In this document: piece by piece, positions 1 through 8,523 of the stretch
Numbering within the stretch: position 1 is the stretch's first letter
Layout of the letters: every line of letters starts with the position of its first letter
Virus record (IMG/VR): IMGVR_UViG_3300049020_000042
Coordinates: 1-53,968 of that record
Direction: 5' to 3' (one strand)
DNA from: a virus
Lineage: Duplodnaviria > Caudoviricetes
DNA: 53,968 nucleotides
Translations under genes and position numbers: made by a program
The notes under the pieces: model-generated
What the model saw: only the letters and a program-made list of their open reading frames with translations
Database searches by the model: none
What the model was told of the DNA's origin: nothing

Positions 1-1
1 G

Positions 2-139
2 TTCTTGACAGTATTCATCCTAAATTGGAGAAAGCCTGGGGAGGACGAGCTTGATAAGCTTCAGGAAAGATTATCTGATTATGACTTCGTGAATTACAAT
101 GGCCACATTCCTGTTTTCGAGAAGAAAAAGGGTATTTGA
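2..139 (+). CDS. 3' end of hypothetical protein (truncated by window)
   Basis: Open frame from base 2 to TGA at 137-139 (FLTVFILNW...EKKKGI*), same strand as downstream genes. Confidence 0.5.
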   Translation, partial: FLTVFILNWRKPGEDELDKLQERLSDYDFVNYNGHIPVFEKKKGI

Positions 140-185
140 TAAAATAGCTCCTCGCCAGTAAAATATGGCACAAGGAGCTATTTTC

Positions 186-563
186 ATGACAGAGCATTCA
201 ACTATTTTCGTTACCTTCCAGAAAGAAGGTATTCATCGTTATCCAGCAGCAGCGACAGATCCCAAGCTCGCGACTGGTGACGAATATGATGTGAGTTTCC
301 TCGCCCACCCACATCGCCATATGTTTCACTTCCGAGTTACCATGGAAGTTTTCCATGATGATCGTGACGTTGAATTCATTCAATTCAAGAGATGGTTGGA
401 AAAGTTGTACAGTGACAAAACGTTGGTTCTGGATTACAAGAGCTGTGAAATGATGGCTAGAGAATTGTCCACCACGATTTTCGCGAAGTACCCCGACAGA
501 AGTCTGTCTATTGAAGTATCTGAGGATGGAGAAAATGGCGCAACACTCGCATTCACTCGCTGA
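186..563 (+). CDS. dpdL: QueD-like T-fold protein, candidate 7-carboxy-7-deazaguanine decarboxylase (DpdL type)
   Basis: LAHPHRHMF (LxxxHRHxF) in place of QueD CxxxHGH, plus SCE and VSEDGENG; AAGGAG RBS before ATG 186; folE/queE neighbourhood. Confidence 0.7.
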   Translation: MTEHSTIFVTFQKEGIHRYPAAATDPKLATGDEYDVSFLAHPHRHMFHFRVTMEVFHDDRDVEFIQFKRWLEKLYSDKTLVLDYKSCEMMARELSTTIFAKYPDRSLSIEVSEDGENGATLAFTR

Positions 564-834
564 TAAAGCAGCGAGGATATTCCTGATATCTACTGGAGTA
601 GCCAGTCGTGATATCAAGCGGTATCAACGATATAAAGTTCTCAAAGACAATGCTGATCGTTTGATGCATGTTTACGATTCTGTCTCAAACAACGATCTCT
701 TCAAAGCTGAGACGCAGTTGAAGATTGTTCGCGAAGTTAATGGCATCAATGAAGAATGTATTGCTCTCAAATCGAAGTTTGGTAGATTTGCCATCGCGAT
801 GGAACTCCAGGACGAATTGGCAAACAGACCTTGA
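535..834 (+). CDS. hypothetical protein
   Basis: ORF overlapping both neighbours; start moved to ATG 535 after GGAGA. Confidence 0.55.
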   Translation: MAQHSHSLADKAARIFLISTGVASRDIKRYQRYKVLKDNADRLMHVYDSVSNNDLFKAETQLKIVREVNGINEECIALKSKFGRFAIAMELQDELANRP

Positions 835-1262
835 TTCGTTCTTCAGGTGAAAGTAAAATTGGCACTCTAAACAAGGAGTGCCAATTGTTTTTCCAACAGA
901 TTATCGTCAGAGTCAAGCAGTTCTTCTCTGAAGTCGACCGTAGGAAGACTGCATCAGCTCTTAGAAAGATTGCTGAATACGAAAAACAGAATTCTGCAAG
1001 ATTGCAGTCACTGGCTGCAATCAAGGATGATTACAACTTTACATATTACAACGTTCAGATGGCGTTCGTGAAAATGATTTCGACTCAAATTCAACGATAC
1101 GAGATACATCGTCAATGCTCACCAGGAGCATTTGCTGAGGAAATGATTCAGCAAATGAGTTCTGATCTTGAGCAACACGAAAAGGATGCTAAATCGACAT
1201 TTGATAAGCTCAGCCCGCAATATCAAGAACGAGTAATCTTAGAAAAGTTGTCCGAAGATTAA
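831..1262 (+). CDS. hypothetical helical protein
   Basis: 143-aa ORF coupled to upstream stop; start uncertain (TTG). Confidence 0.55.
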   Translation: MIRSSGESKIGTLNKECQLFFQQIIVRVKQFFSEVDRRKTASALRKIAEYEKQNSARLQSLAAIKDDYNFTYYNVQMAFVKMISTQIQRYEIHRQCSPGAFAEEMIQQMSSDLEQHEKDAKSTFDKLSPQYQERVILEKLSED

Positions 1263-1264
1263 TA

Positions 1265-1293
1265 TTGAGCGGCGTTGATGGAAATGCCATAAT
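1265..1293 (+). promoter_or_regulatory. sigma70-type promoter (probably leaderless mRNA)
   Basis: TTGAGC-17-CATAAT with TGn extension; ATG 6 nt after the -10. Confidence 0.6.
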
Positions 1294-1299
1294 AATGGC

Positions 1300-2400
1300 A
1301 TGACTAACACCATCTACATCGTCGATCTCGAAAGCGTCCCCACCCGTTACACTTGTCAATGGAAAGCGGGACTTCCAAACTCACTGCGAGAGTTCGTAAA
1401 ATCTCTTGGTACTGGGCATCAAGTAGTCAACATCAGTGGTGGTGATGTTGAAATGATTGCCACCCCAGGTGCGTTCCTCAACTTCGCAGGGACGAACGTT
1501 TACAAAAGCAATCAAGCCATTGAAATCTCCAAACTGTTCTCCGAGGGGAAAGTTCGTGATGGTGATCGCTTCCTATTCACCGATGCATGGAACCCCGCAA
1601 TCATCATGGTAAAGTACATGGTAGAGCTTCTGGGGATCAAAGCAGAGCTTCACGGAATTTGGCATGCTGGGTCATATGATCCGCAGGATTTCCTCGGTAG
1701 ACTGGTAAAGGACAAGCGTTGGAGCTTGTCAACTGAGAATGCCATCTATCATGCTCTTGACTACAATTACTTTGCAACCAACTTTCATATCAAACTGTTC
1801 CGTGACAATGTCCTCAACACGGTGGGTTTTGGTTCCAACCACGATGAGTCCAAGAAAAAGATGGTCCTCAGCGGCCAGCCACATGAGCATTTGATGTCGC
1901 ATTTGACACCATTCCGTGGTATGAAAAAGCGTGATTTGATCTTGTTCCCTCATAGAGTTGCGCCCGAGAAGCAGCCTGAAATCTTCCGTGATCTGGCCAC
2001 TTACCTGCCAGAATACGAATTCGTGGTTTGCCAAGATAAGCAGCTAACCAAGGATGAATATCACACACTTCTGGGTGAGTGCAAGATGGTGTTCAGCGCT
2101 AACTTGCAAGAGACTCTTGGTATCTCTGCCATGGAAGGCATTTACCTAGATGCCCTTGCTCTAGTTCCAGATCGTTTGTCATACTCTGAAATGTATGGCG
2201 ATCACTGCAAATATCCGTCCTTCTGGACTGAAGATTTCAATACCTACCAATTCCATCGTGATGAACTCGTGGCTCTAATCCGTGAAAAGATGACCAACTA
2301 CGAACGTGACATCAACCTGGTCTGGGAACAGAATGTCAAACTGGTAAGAGATTATCTTACTGGTGAAGTCATGTACAAAAACCTTACGACAGTGAGATAA
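1300..2400 (+). CDS. GT-B (GT4-like) glycosyltransferase
   Basis: FPHRVAPEKQPE and QETLGISAMEG (ExxGxxxxE) donor-binding motifs, VPDRLSYSEM; 366 aa. Confidence 0.85.
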   Translation: MTNTIYIVDLESVPTRYTCQWKAGLPNSLREFVKSLGTGHQVVNISGGDVEMIATPGAFLNFAGTNVYKSNQAIEISKLFSEGKVRDGDRFLFTDAWNPAIIMVKYMVELLGIKAELHGIWHAGSYDPQDFLGRLVKDKRWSLSTENAIYHALDYNYFATNFHIKLFRDNVLNTVGFGSNHDESKKKMVLSGQPHEHLMSHLTPFRGMKKRDLILFPHRVAPEKQPEIFRDLATYLPEYEFVVCQDKQLTKDEYHTLLGECKMVFSANLQETLGISAMEGIYLDALALVPDRLSYSEMYGDHCKYPSFWTEDFNTYQFHRDELVALIREKMTNYERDINLVWEQNVKLVRDYLTGEVMYKNLTTVR

Positions 2401-2402
2401 GC

Positions 2403-2885
2403 ATGCATCGGAACAATTTCATAGGTACCTTTAGCTCCGTCATGGGGAAACTCAAGGGTTGGGATGAATCATTCATTGATTCTTATCTTTACAAGATTAG
2501 CGAGATCAAGATCAATCCCAAGCAACAAACTGAGGTCACTCTGACGTTCACCGAAGATTTCGAATCGAAGGTTTTGGAGAGGCTTTTTGATTTGTCCAAT
2601 GAGATGACCGCCAACAGTGAGATTCATTTCAAGTTGGCATTTAGGGCGAAGAACGGGAAAAAGATTGTCCGTCAAATAATTATACCAGTTGAGGATATTG
2701 ATGTCACTCTAAATGAATTTGATTACAATTGTCGTGACAACCGGAATAGCCAGATTGTAGTCAAACTCAAATACTCGGAAACAAAAGTTGAAGTATTCAA
2801 AGTCGAGGAAGCCAATGAAGATGGTGATGTTTATGCAGACGAAGATGACTTTGATTATGAAGATGATGACGATTCTGATTATTGA
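2403..2885 (+). CDS. divergent tail-tube-fold protein with acidic tail
   Basis: VTLTFTEDFESKVLERL, VTLNEFDY and IVVKLKY align by eye to the tail tube at 32049-32642. Confidence 0.5.
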   Translation: MHRNNFIGTFSSVMGKLKGWDESFIDSYLYKISEIKINPKQQTEVTLTFTEDFESKVLERLFDLSNEMTANSEIHFKLAFRAKNGKKIVRQIIIPVEDIDVTLNEFDYNCRDNRNSQIVVKLKYSETKVEVFKVEEANEDGDVYADEDDFDYEDDDDSDY

Positions 2886-2900
2886 GATACGGTTGAAATT

Positions 2901-3302
2901 ATGATTCCACAACCATTCATTGTTTCGAATTTTAGAGTGCGATTCATGTCGATGATTGGTGTGCTCACAGATGATTTCAAAACGATGTCATCGCAAGTTA
3001 CTGGAGTGGATCAATTTGATCTGGCCGTTGAACAGGGTGGCGATTTGATGGTCAACATCAGACAAGATGACAAGGGTGTTGTTTTTCGTGAACTGACTAG
3101 ATTCATGGCTTCTGCAAAGGGAGATTCTGATTGTTGCATCATCATCGAACAACTTGATACAAAAAGTGATGACATTCGAGTGAAACTGAAATTCAGTAAT
3201 TTGAATTGCAAACTGACGTACCAGAAATTGAGATATGCAGTCCTAGATGCTCATCAACTTAATTTGATGATTGCTTACAAATCATGGGAATTGGTAAATT
3301 AG
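2901..3302 (+). CDS. divergent tail-tube-fold protein
   Basis: NFRVRF, SSQVTG, VNIRQDD, IIIEQLDTKSDDI and LNLMIAY collinear with tube KFRVRV, SQQVMT, IELRDD, YLETLDGGNDTI and ISLEVRY. Confidence 0.6.
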   Translation: MIPQPFIVSNFRVRFMSMIGVLTDDFKTMSSQVTGVDQFDLAVEQGGDLMVNIRQDDKGVVFRELTRFMASAKGDSDCCIIIEQLDTKSDDIRVKLKFSNLNCKLTYQKLRYAVLDAHQLNLMIAYKSWELVN

Positions 3303-3314
3303 AAGATAAATAAT

Positions 3315-3436
3315 ATTGTAAGCATCACGAGGATGCTTACAATGGTGATAGTTGATTTAACTAGGGTGGCATCGCAATGATACGTCCTTCCATAACATGA
3401 GGTTATGGTAAATTTTCGCAATATGAGGTTGCAAAA
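3315..3436 (+). promoter_or_regulatory. structured folE 5' leader (three AYGAG-loop hairpins)
   Basis: Stems 3315-3343, 3390-3408 and 3413-3436 with loops ACGAG/ATGAG/ATGAG; the last holds the SD; TAAATA at 3307. Confidence 0.6.
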
Positions 3437-3437
3437 C

Positions 3438-4115
3438 ATGAGCTACAATAAGAATAAATGTGATCCAGAGTTGGGCAAAGCAGTCCAAGCACACTTGGAA
3501 AAGTTGGGTCTCCACACCCCCATGTCCACCAATACCCTGAATGCAAAGCAAAAGATCGCCAAGATCGAAAAGCACATGCAGGGTATCATGCAAACTTTGG
3601 GACTGGATCTCACTGACGACTCCTTGATTGAAACGCCTATTCGCGTTGCCAAGATGTACGTCAACGAGGTATTCTGGGGTCTTGATCCAGAAGCATTCCC
3701 CAAATGCACCGCAGTAGACAACAAGATTTCCTATGATGAAATGGTAGTTGAAGAAGACATTACTGTGATGTCAAACTGCGAACACCACTTCGTAACCATC
3801 GACGGCTTTGCCACCGTAGCCTACTTGCCCAACAAGAAGGTCTTGGGTCTGAGCAAGATGAATCGCATCGTGGAATACTTCAGCAAGCGCCCACAGATTC
3901 AAGAACGTCTAACCGTTCAGATCGCCGAAGCACTCAAGTTTATTCTTGACACTGAGCATGTGGCCGTTCTCATTAACGCATCACATTATTGCGTGAAGAG
4001 TCGTGGTGTTGAGGATACAAACTCCCACACTATTACTAGCCACCTGAGCGGCAAGTTCAGGGAAGACGCTTTGGTTCGTGGTGAATTCATGGCACTGGCC
4101 ACCAGACGCAAGTAA
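3438..4115 (+). CDS. folE: GTP cyclohydrolase I
   Basis: ETPIRVAKMY, CEHH, GLSK, RPQIQERLT and HYCVKSRG; start at ATG 3438 after GAGG. Confidence 0.97.
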   Translation: MSYNKNKCDPELGKAVQAHLEKLGLHTPMSTNTLNAKQKIAKIEKHMQGIMQTLGLDLTDDSLIETPIRVAKMYVNEVFWGLDPEAFPKCTAVDNKISYDEMVVEEDITVMSNCEHHFVTIDGFATVAYLPNKKVLGLSKMNRIVEYFSKRPQIQERLTVQIAEALKFILDTEHVAVLINASHYCVKSRGVEDTNSHTITSHLSGKFREDALVRGEFMALATRRK

Positions 4116-4135
4116 GTAGTCATTTAAGACTCCTA

Positions 4136-4172
4136 GCCCTCAGATAAATATTCCTTTATCTGGGGGCATTTT
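4136..4172 (+). promoter_or_regulatory. hairpin containing late promoter TAAATA and sequestering the RBS; possible folE terminator
   Basis: 13-bp stem 4136-4148/4155-4167; TAAATA 4145-4150; GGGGG in 3' arm; ATG at 4174. Confidence 0.65.
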
Positions 4173-4173
4173 C

Positions 4174-4668
4174 ATGGCTGTACTACAGGGCAGGAGTCCT
4201 AAAACAACATTTGCCAATCTTCTTACTGTAGAGGGAGGATTGACCGTATCTTTGACGCCGGTAGAGAGTGGTGGGGGAAAAACAACCCCATTGAAGCTTT
4301 CAACCACTTCGATTTCAATTCACGATTTAACTTTTCCATCCACAGGCGTAGCCGCTGGTAAGGTACTGACTATCTCTGCTGATGGTCTATCCATGGAATG
4401 GAAAACACCTGCGGCAAGTTCAGGTGGCGGGGGTGGTGGAACAGTTCTGGAGACCGAAGCCGACGCGATCTATTACGAATACAACGATGATGAAGTCGTG
4501 AGTGTGATGACTGAGCATTTTGGTTCTGAGACCAGAGTAACCACCTATAGCTACAGCGTAACTGGCAAGGTGGACACTATCACAATCGAATATTTGGGTC
4601 AAACTCGAATCGAAACTTACACATACATCAACGGCAAAGTGACCTCTATGGTTGCTTCTTCTCTTTAA
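4174..4668 (+). CDS. tail-fibre-associated structural protein
   Basis: GKVLTISADG..EWK fibre-type motif, Gly linker, YD-like repeats; late promoter. Confidence 0.6.
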   Translation: MAVLQGRSPKTTFANLLTVEGGLTVSLTPVESGGGKTTPLKLSTTSISIHDLTFPSTGVAAGKVLTISADGLSMEWKTPAASSGGGGGGTVLETEADAIYYEYNDDEVVSVMTEHFGSETRVTTYSYSVTGKVDTITIEYLGQTRIETYTYINGKVTSMVASSL

Positions 4669-4680
4669 AGGTTTTCCAAA

Positions 4681-6924
4681 ATGGCATTTGATCCAATCAC
4701 ATACAACGAAGTTCTTTCAGGCAAGAATCCAGTTGGTACGCTTCTCCGAGTGGTTAGCGACTTCCAAGACCCCAAATATATCGACTCTGGTGCAAGCTTC
4801 AGCTCAGATCTCTACCCAGATCTGGCTACAAAAGTTCCTGGTGGCTTCCAGGGTGACTACGTGAAAGAAATCCCCATCGCCAGTCTGCCATCAAGTTTCA
4901 GTTCTTCATCTGCTGCCTTGGGTTCATACCTTATTGGTTTCGTGTCCGATGGTAAGATGAATTTCCTCTTCGCTAGCAGTGGTGTTATCACACGCTACAC
5001 GTCAGTATCAAGCAATATGGCTGATGGTATCGTATTCAATGGTTACTTCGTAGTTCCTGGTGGTACAGGCTCTGACACCGTGACTCCGGAAATGTCAGTC
5101 AACAACGATGGTACGTTCATGTACGCGTCGCTGGCTGATAGGCATTATCGCTTCGATTTGTCAGATCCCACACTGGCCACCTACAAGAGATTCACCCTCC
5201 CGACTTCCACCAACAGATACAAGTTTGCTGATGGTAATGGTTTAATCATGGCAGCGGCAGGCAACATCAGCGTGTCTGGGAATATCCACTATTCGTCAAA
5301 TGGCGGTGATAGCTGGACGGTTGGTGGCATCGCGACTAACACCGCTGGTAGTAGCCCACAAGGTCTGAGTTATGGCGCAGGTGTATTTGTTATGGTCACT
5401 GCCGCATCAACCAACAATATCACTAGATCAGCTGATGGTGTTACTTGGACTACCCAGACCGCTGGTTCGATTGGCCACAACGCCGTTAAATTCAATCCAG
5501 TGTTGAGTTTGTTTGTAACCACTCCATTCAATACTGGCGCAGCGTATTCATCCCCCACGGGTGTGACCTGGACTGCTAGAACGTCCATCAATGGTCAACA
5601 ACGAGTCATCAGTATTTCATCCCTGACCGGTGACATGATTTGTTCACCTACTTCAAACTCCAGTGGTGCAAACAGTGGTTTCTGGAGGAGCTCAAATGGC
5701 ACTTCATGGGCAAACAGACAAACCACTACTCCGTTCAGCACCACAACCAACAACGCCTACCGGGCTATCTACGCCGTGGACAGTTTTCCAGGGTTTGCAA
5801 TTGCGTTCACGGGTCCGGCAAACACAACTGGTTACGGTCCAATGTTGTATTCATTCAGCACGGATAGCGGGGCGACATGGAGTTCTGTCAGAAACGTACC
5901 ACCCACCAATGCAACCACCAAAGCATTCCGTCCACCAGTCATGAGTAGCTCTGGTGATAAGATTGTGTTGATGGAAACCCTCGCCAGTGGTAACGATCAA
6001 GTGTCAAATACTTGGAATGGTATTCTGTCAACTGACGGTGGTGATAATTGGCAAGCATTTGCTATTTCAGCCGGTACTGAAATGGTTTATTGGAAGGAAG
6101 TGATTCCAACGTTTGATAACAAGTTGATTGCTTGGGGTCAAGCATCCAATGATACCGCAACCGCTAGAGCAATGTGCACCGCAGTAACGAGCGATGGTGC
6201 CTCTTGGCAATATACGTCATATACCGCATTGCCTGTTGGTTTGCAGTCTATCACGCCCTCAACCGTAGCTATTGGTAACGATAATCGCTTATATTTTGGA
6301 AATAACTCCACGAGTACTGGTGCGATGTCAGCTGATTATGGTGCTACTTGGACTCAGAAAGCTCTTCCATTCACTGGTGGTAAATTGGTATCATTCAAGA
6401 GTAGGATCATGATCTTGGTGAACGGTCAGGTACCACGTTATACCGTTGACGGAGCGACTAACTGGCTTACTGGTCAATTGTCATCTCTGCCCGCCACCAC
6501 TCCTATTGGATTTGCCGCAAATGATAGAGTTGCCGTTGCCGTGATTGCCAACTCAGCTTCATTCTACTACACATATGATGGTGTGATTTGGATGCTGGGT
6601 ACTTTGCCGGCATCAATGCCCGGTTCAGTGGGTATTATCAATGATTGGATCATGTTCCCAACTGGTGCTGGTTCAATCTACAGAACCAAGGATTTCACAA
6701 ATTGGGATCTGGTGGTTATTGGTGATGACAACAAATATTCCACTATGGCTCTGAGTTCGATCTCCTCTAACCCGGCAGGTTCTGAAGGTTTCTTCCACGG
6801 AGTTGCCGCGAACAATACGGCTGGTTATCTGTTGAAGGCTGATACGGAAGTCACAGATCGTAGACGATTGCCAGTGATTGCCTCTGATCTCCCACACACC
6901 AAGTGGGTTGTATTGGCAAAATAA
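4681..6924 (+). CDS. Asp-box (BNR) beta-propeller tail fibre / receptor-binding protein
   Basis: About 11 SxDG(x)xW repeats (SSNGGDSW, SADGVTW, STDSGATW, STDGGDNW, SADYGATW); Ser/Thr/Gly-rich. Confidence 0.75.
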   Translation: MAFDPITYNEVLSGKNPVGTLLRVVSDFQDPKYIDSGASFSSDLYPDLATKVPGGFQGDYVKEIPIASLPSSFSSSSAALGSYLIGFVSDGKMNFLFASSGVITRYTSVSSNMADGIVFNGYFVVPGGTGSDTVTPEMSVNNDGTFMYASLADRHYRFDLSDPTLATYKRFTLPTSTNRYKFADGNGLIMAAAGNISVSGNIHYSSNGGDSWTVGGIATNTAGSSPQGLSYGAGVFVMVTAASTNNITRSADGVTWTTQTAGSIGHNAVKFNPVLSLFVTTPFNTGAAYSSPTGVTWTARTSINGQQRVISISSLTGDMICSPTSNSSGANSGFWRSSNGTSWANRQTTTPFSTTTNNAYRAIYAVDSFPGFAIAFTGPANTTGYGPMLYSFSTDSGATWSSVRNVPPTNATTKAFRPPVMSSSGDKIVLMETLASGNDQVSNTWNGILSTDGGDNWQAFAISAGTEMVYWKEVIPTFDNKLIAWGQASNDTATARAMCTAVTSDGASWQYTSYTALPVGLQSITPSTVAIGNDNRLYFGNNSTSTGAMSADYGATWTQKALPFTGGKLVSFKSRIMILVNGQVPRYTVDGATNWLTGQLSSLPATTPIGFAANDRVAVAVIANSASFYYTYDGVIWMLGTLPASMPGSVGIINDWIMFPTGAGSIYRTKDFTNWDLVVIGDDNKYSTMALSSISSNPAGSEGFFHGVAANNTAGYLLKADTEVTDRRRLPVIASDLPHTKWVVLAK

Positions 6925-6937
6925 TAGCCAATGAATG

Positions 6938-6968
6938 AATGATGGTCGGTTCTTCCGACCATCATTTT
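6938..6968 (+). terminator. intrinsic terminator
   Basis: 12-bp stem AATGATGGTCGG/CCGACCATCATT followed by Ts. Confidence 0.75.
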
Positions 6969-7000
6969 GAGTAAATGAAGACAGGCTTTATACTTTGGTG

Positions 7001-7363
7001 ATGGCCTTTCTCAATAAAGACGACATTCCAAAATCCAACTGGACACAAGCCAGAAAGAACGGATATTCGTTCACCAACGATAAAACCATCCTGCTCGATG
7101 GTTGGTATGCGTTAGCGTTGCGAGCTCATCTCATGCGAGAACAATCCACAGAAGGCCTGGGTGTGAATTGGTATAAGGCTCTGAACATTGCCAAATCAGA
7201 CAATGCTGGAACTGTCAAACGAAACAATCCGGAATTTCAATGGCCGAATGCGCCATGGGAGGTCGAGCCCATGAAGAGAGGTGATCCTGATCGGGTTACT
7301 TTCTTCTTAATCGAATTTGAGAACCCAGAAGATTTGATTACTTTCAGATTGAAGTATTTGTAA
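7001..7363 (+). CDS. hypothetical protein, C-terminal FExxxDxxxFKL-motif family
   Basis: Ends FLIEFENPEDLITFRLKYL; TATACT 6 nt before ATG 7001. Confidence 0.7.
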   Translation: MAFLNKDDIPKSNWTQARKNGYSFTNDKTILLDGWYALALRAHLMREQSTEGLGVNWYKALNIAKSDNAGTVKRNNPEFQWPNAPWEVEPMKRGDPDRVTFFLIEFENPEDLITFRLKYL

Positions 7364-7399
7364 ATTGGCTTTTGGTGTTGATCCAAGTAAAATACTCGG

Positions 7400-7867
7400 A
7401 TGACAATTCCAAAACTTATCTACACTCACGACAGCATGGCTCGTGATTTACATTCCATGTACCGCACAATGCACCTCGAGGGCTTTAAGCCTGATGTGGT
7501 GGTTGGTATCACTCGTGGTGGACTCATCCCCAGCGTTTACGTCAGCCATTACTTTGATGTTGATTTGGTAACAATCAACGTGAGCTTTCGAGACACGAAG
7601 GTTCTTGAGCCAACGACTGAAATCGAGGAACTGCTCAAAGCTGGCAGAACCATCTTGCTGGTTGACGACATTTGTGACAGCGGTGAAACCCTTGAATTCA
7701 TCTATAACCAGCTGCAACAAACGGTGCCTGATCGTCTTGATACACAAATGAAGACCGCGGTACTTATTCATAACGAAGGCTGCCAAACCTTCACGCCTGA
7801 GTATTCCGGTACTACAATCAATAAATCGGAACAAGACGTTTGGGTGTGCTTTCCTTGGGAACAGTAA
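7400..7867 (+). CDS. purine phosphoribosyltransferase (Gpt-like, type I PRTase)
   Basis: VGITRGGLIP, LLVDDICDSGET PRPP loop, WVCFPWE; TTGGCT-17-TAAAAT upstream. Confidence 0.9.
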   Translation: MTIPKLIYTHDSMARDLHSMYRTMHLEGFKPDVVVGITRGGLIPSVYVSHYFDVDLVTINVSFRDTKVLEPTTEIEELLKAGRTILLVDDICDSGETLEFIYNQLQQTVPDRLDTQMKTAVLIHNEGCQTFTPEYSGTTINKSEQDVWVCFPWEQ

Positions 7868-7875
7868 TCTACACA

Positions 7876-8517
7876 ATGTATCAGATACGAAACTTGATCA
7901 ATGACAAGCTCTATATCGGTTATACGAAACAAGAGCCCATCAGCTATATCAGGAATCATTTCCGAAGAGCAAGGCTTGGTGAAGATCCCAACAAGTTGCT
8001 CTTCAAAGCCATTTTGAAATATGGTGAAGATGCGTTTGAGGTGACTTTGATTGCACAAACCACTGAAAAGGCAAACGCAACGTATCTTGAGAGATTCTTT
8101 ATTGGTGATCGTAATAGCCATGCAGTGTCAGGACATGGGTACAATTTGACACTGGGTGGTGATGGCGGAGATACTAGTCAATCGCCGAACTATAAAGCTG
8201 GTATAGCTAAAAGAGATCTTCGAGGTGAAAAGAATGGCAACTGGGGTGGATTCTCTGAGGATCACAAGAAAAACCTGAGTGCCGCAAAAAGAGGAAAGAG
8301 ACCCAAGAGTTGTGATGTTTGGTCAAAAGCTGCTACTGGCAAAATTTACCTTCACGATGCAATAAAAATGATTGAGAAAAGAGTTCACCCTGATGAAGCC
8401 ACCCAATTCAAGAATAATGGCTTCGTTCTTGGGAGACTGAAGTTAGAATGTAAAATCTGTGGCAAATATGCTGACGTTTCGAACCTGAAGCGCCACCATA
8501 GACACGATGAACAATAA
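7876..8517 (+). mobile_element. free-standing GIY-YIG homing endonuclease
   Basis: YQIRNLINDKLYIGYT, GYNLTLGGDG and NUMOD3-like SEDHKKNLSAAKRGK. Confidence 0.85.
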
Positions 8518-8523
8518 GGATCA

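Noticed and set aside
3315-3436. folE leader as CsrA/RsmA sites or a known riboswitch
   Set aside because: Loops are AYGAG rather than ANGGA, and I cannot match a preQ1 or THF riboswitch consensus by eye; an Rfam scan is needed.
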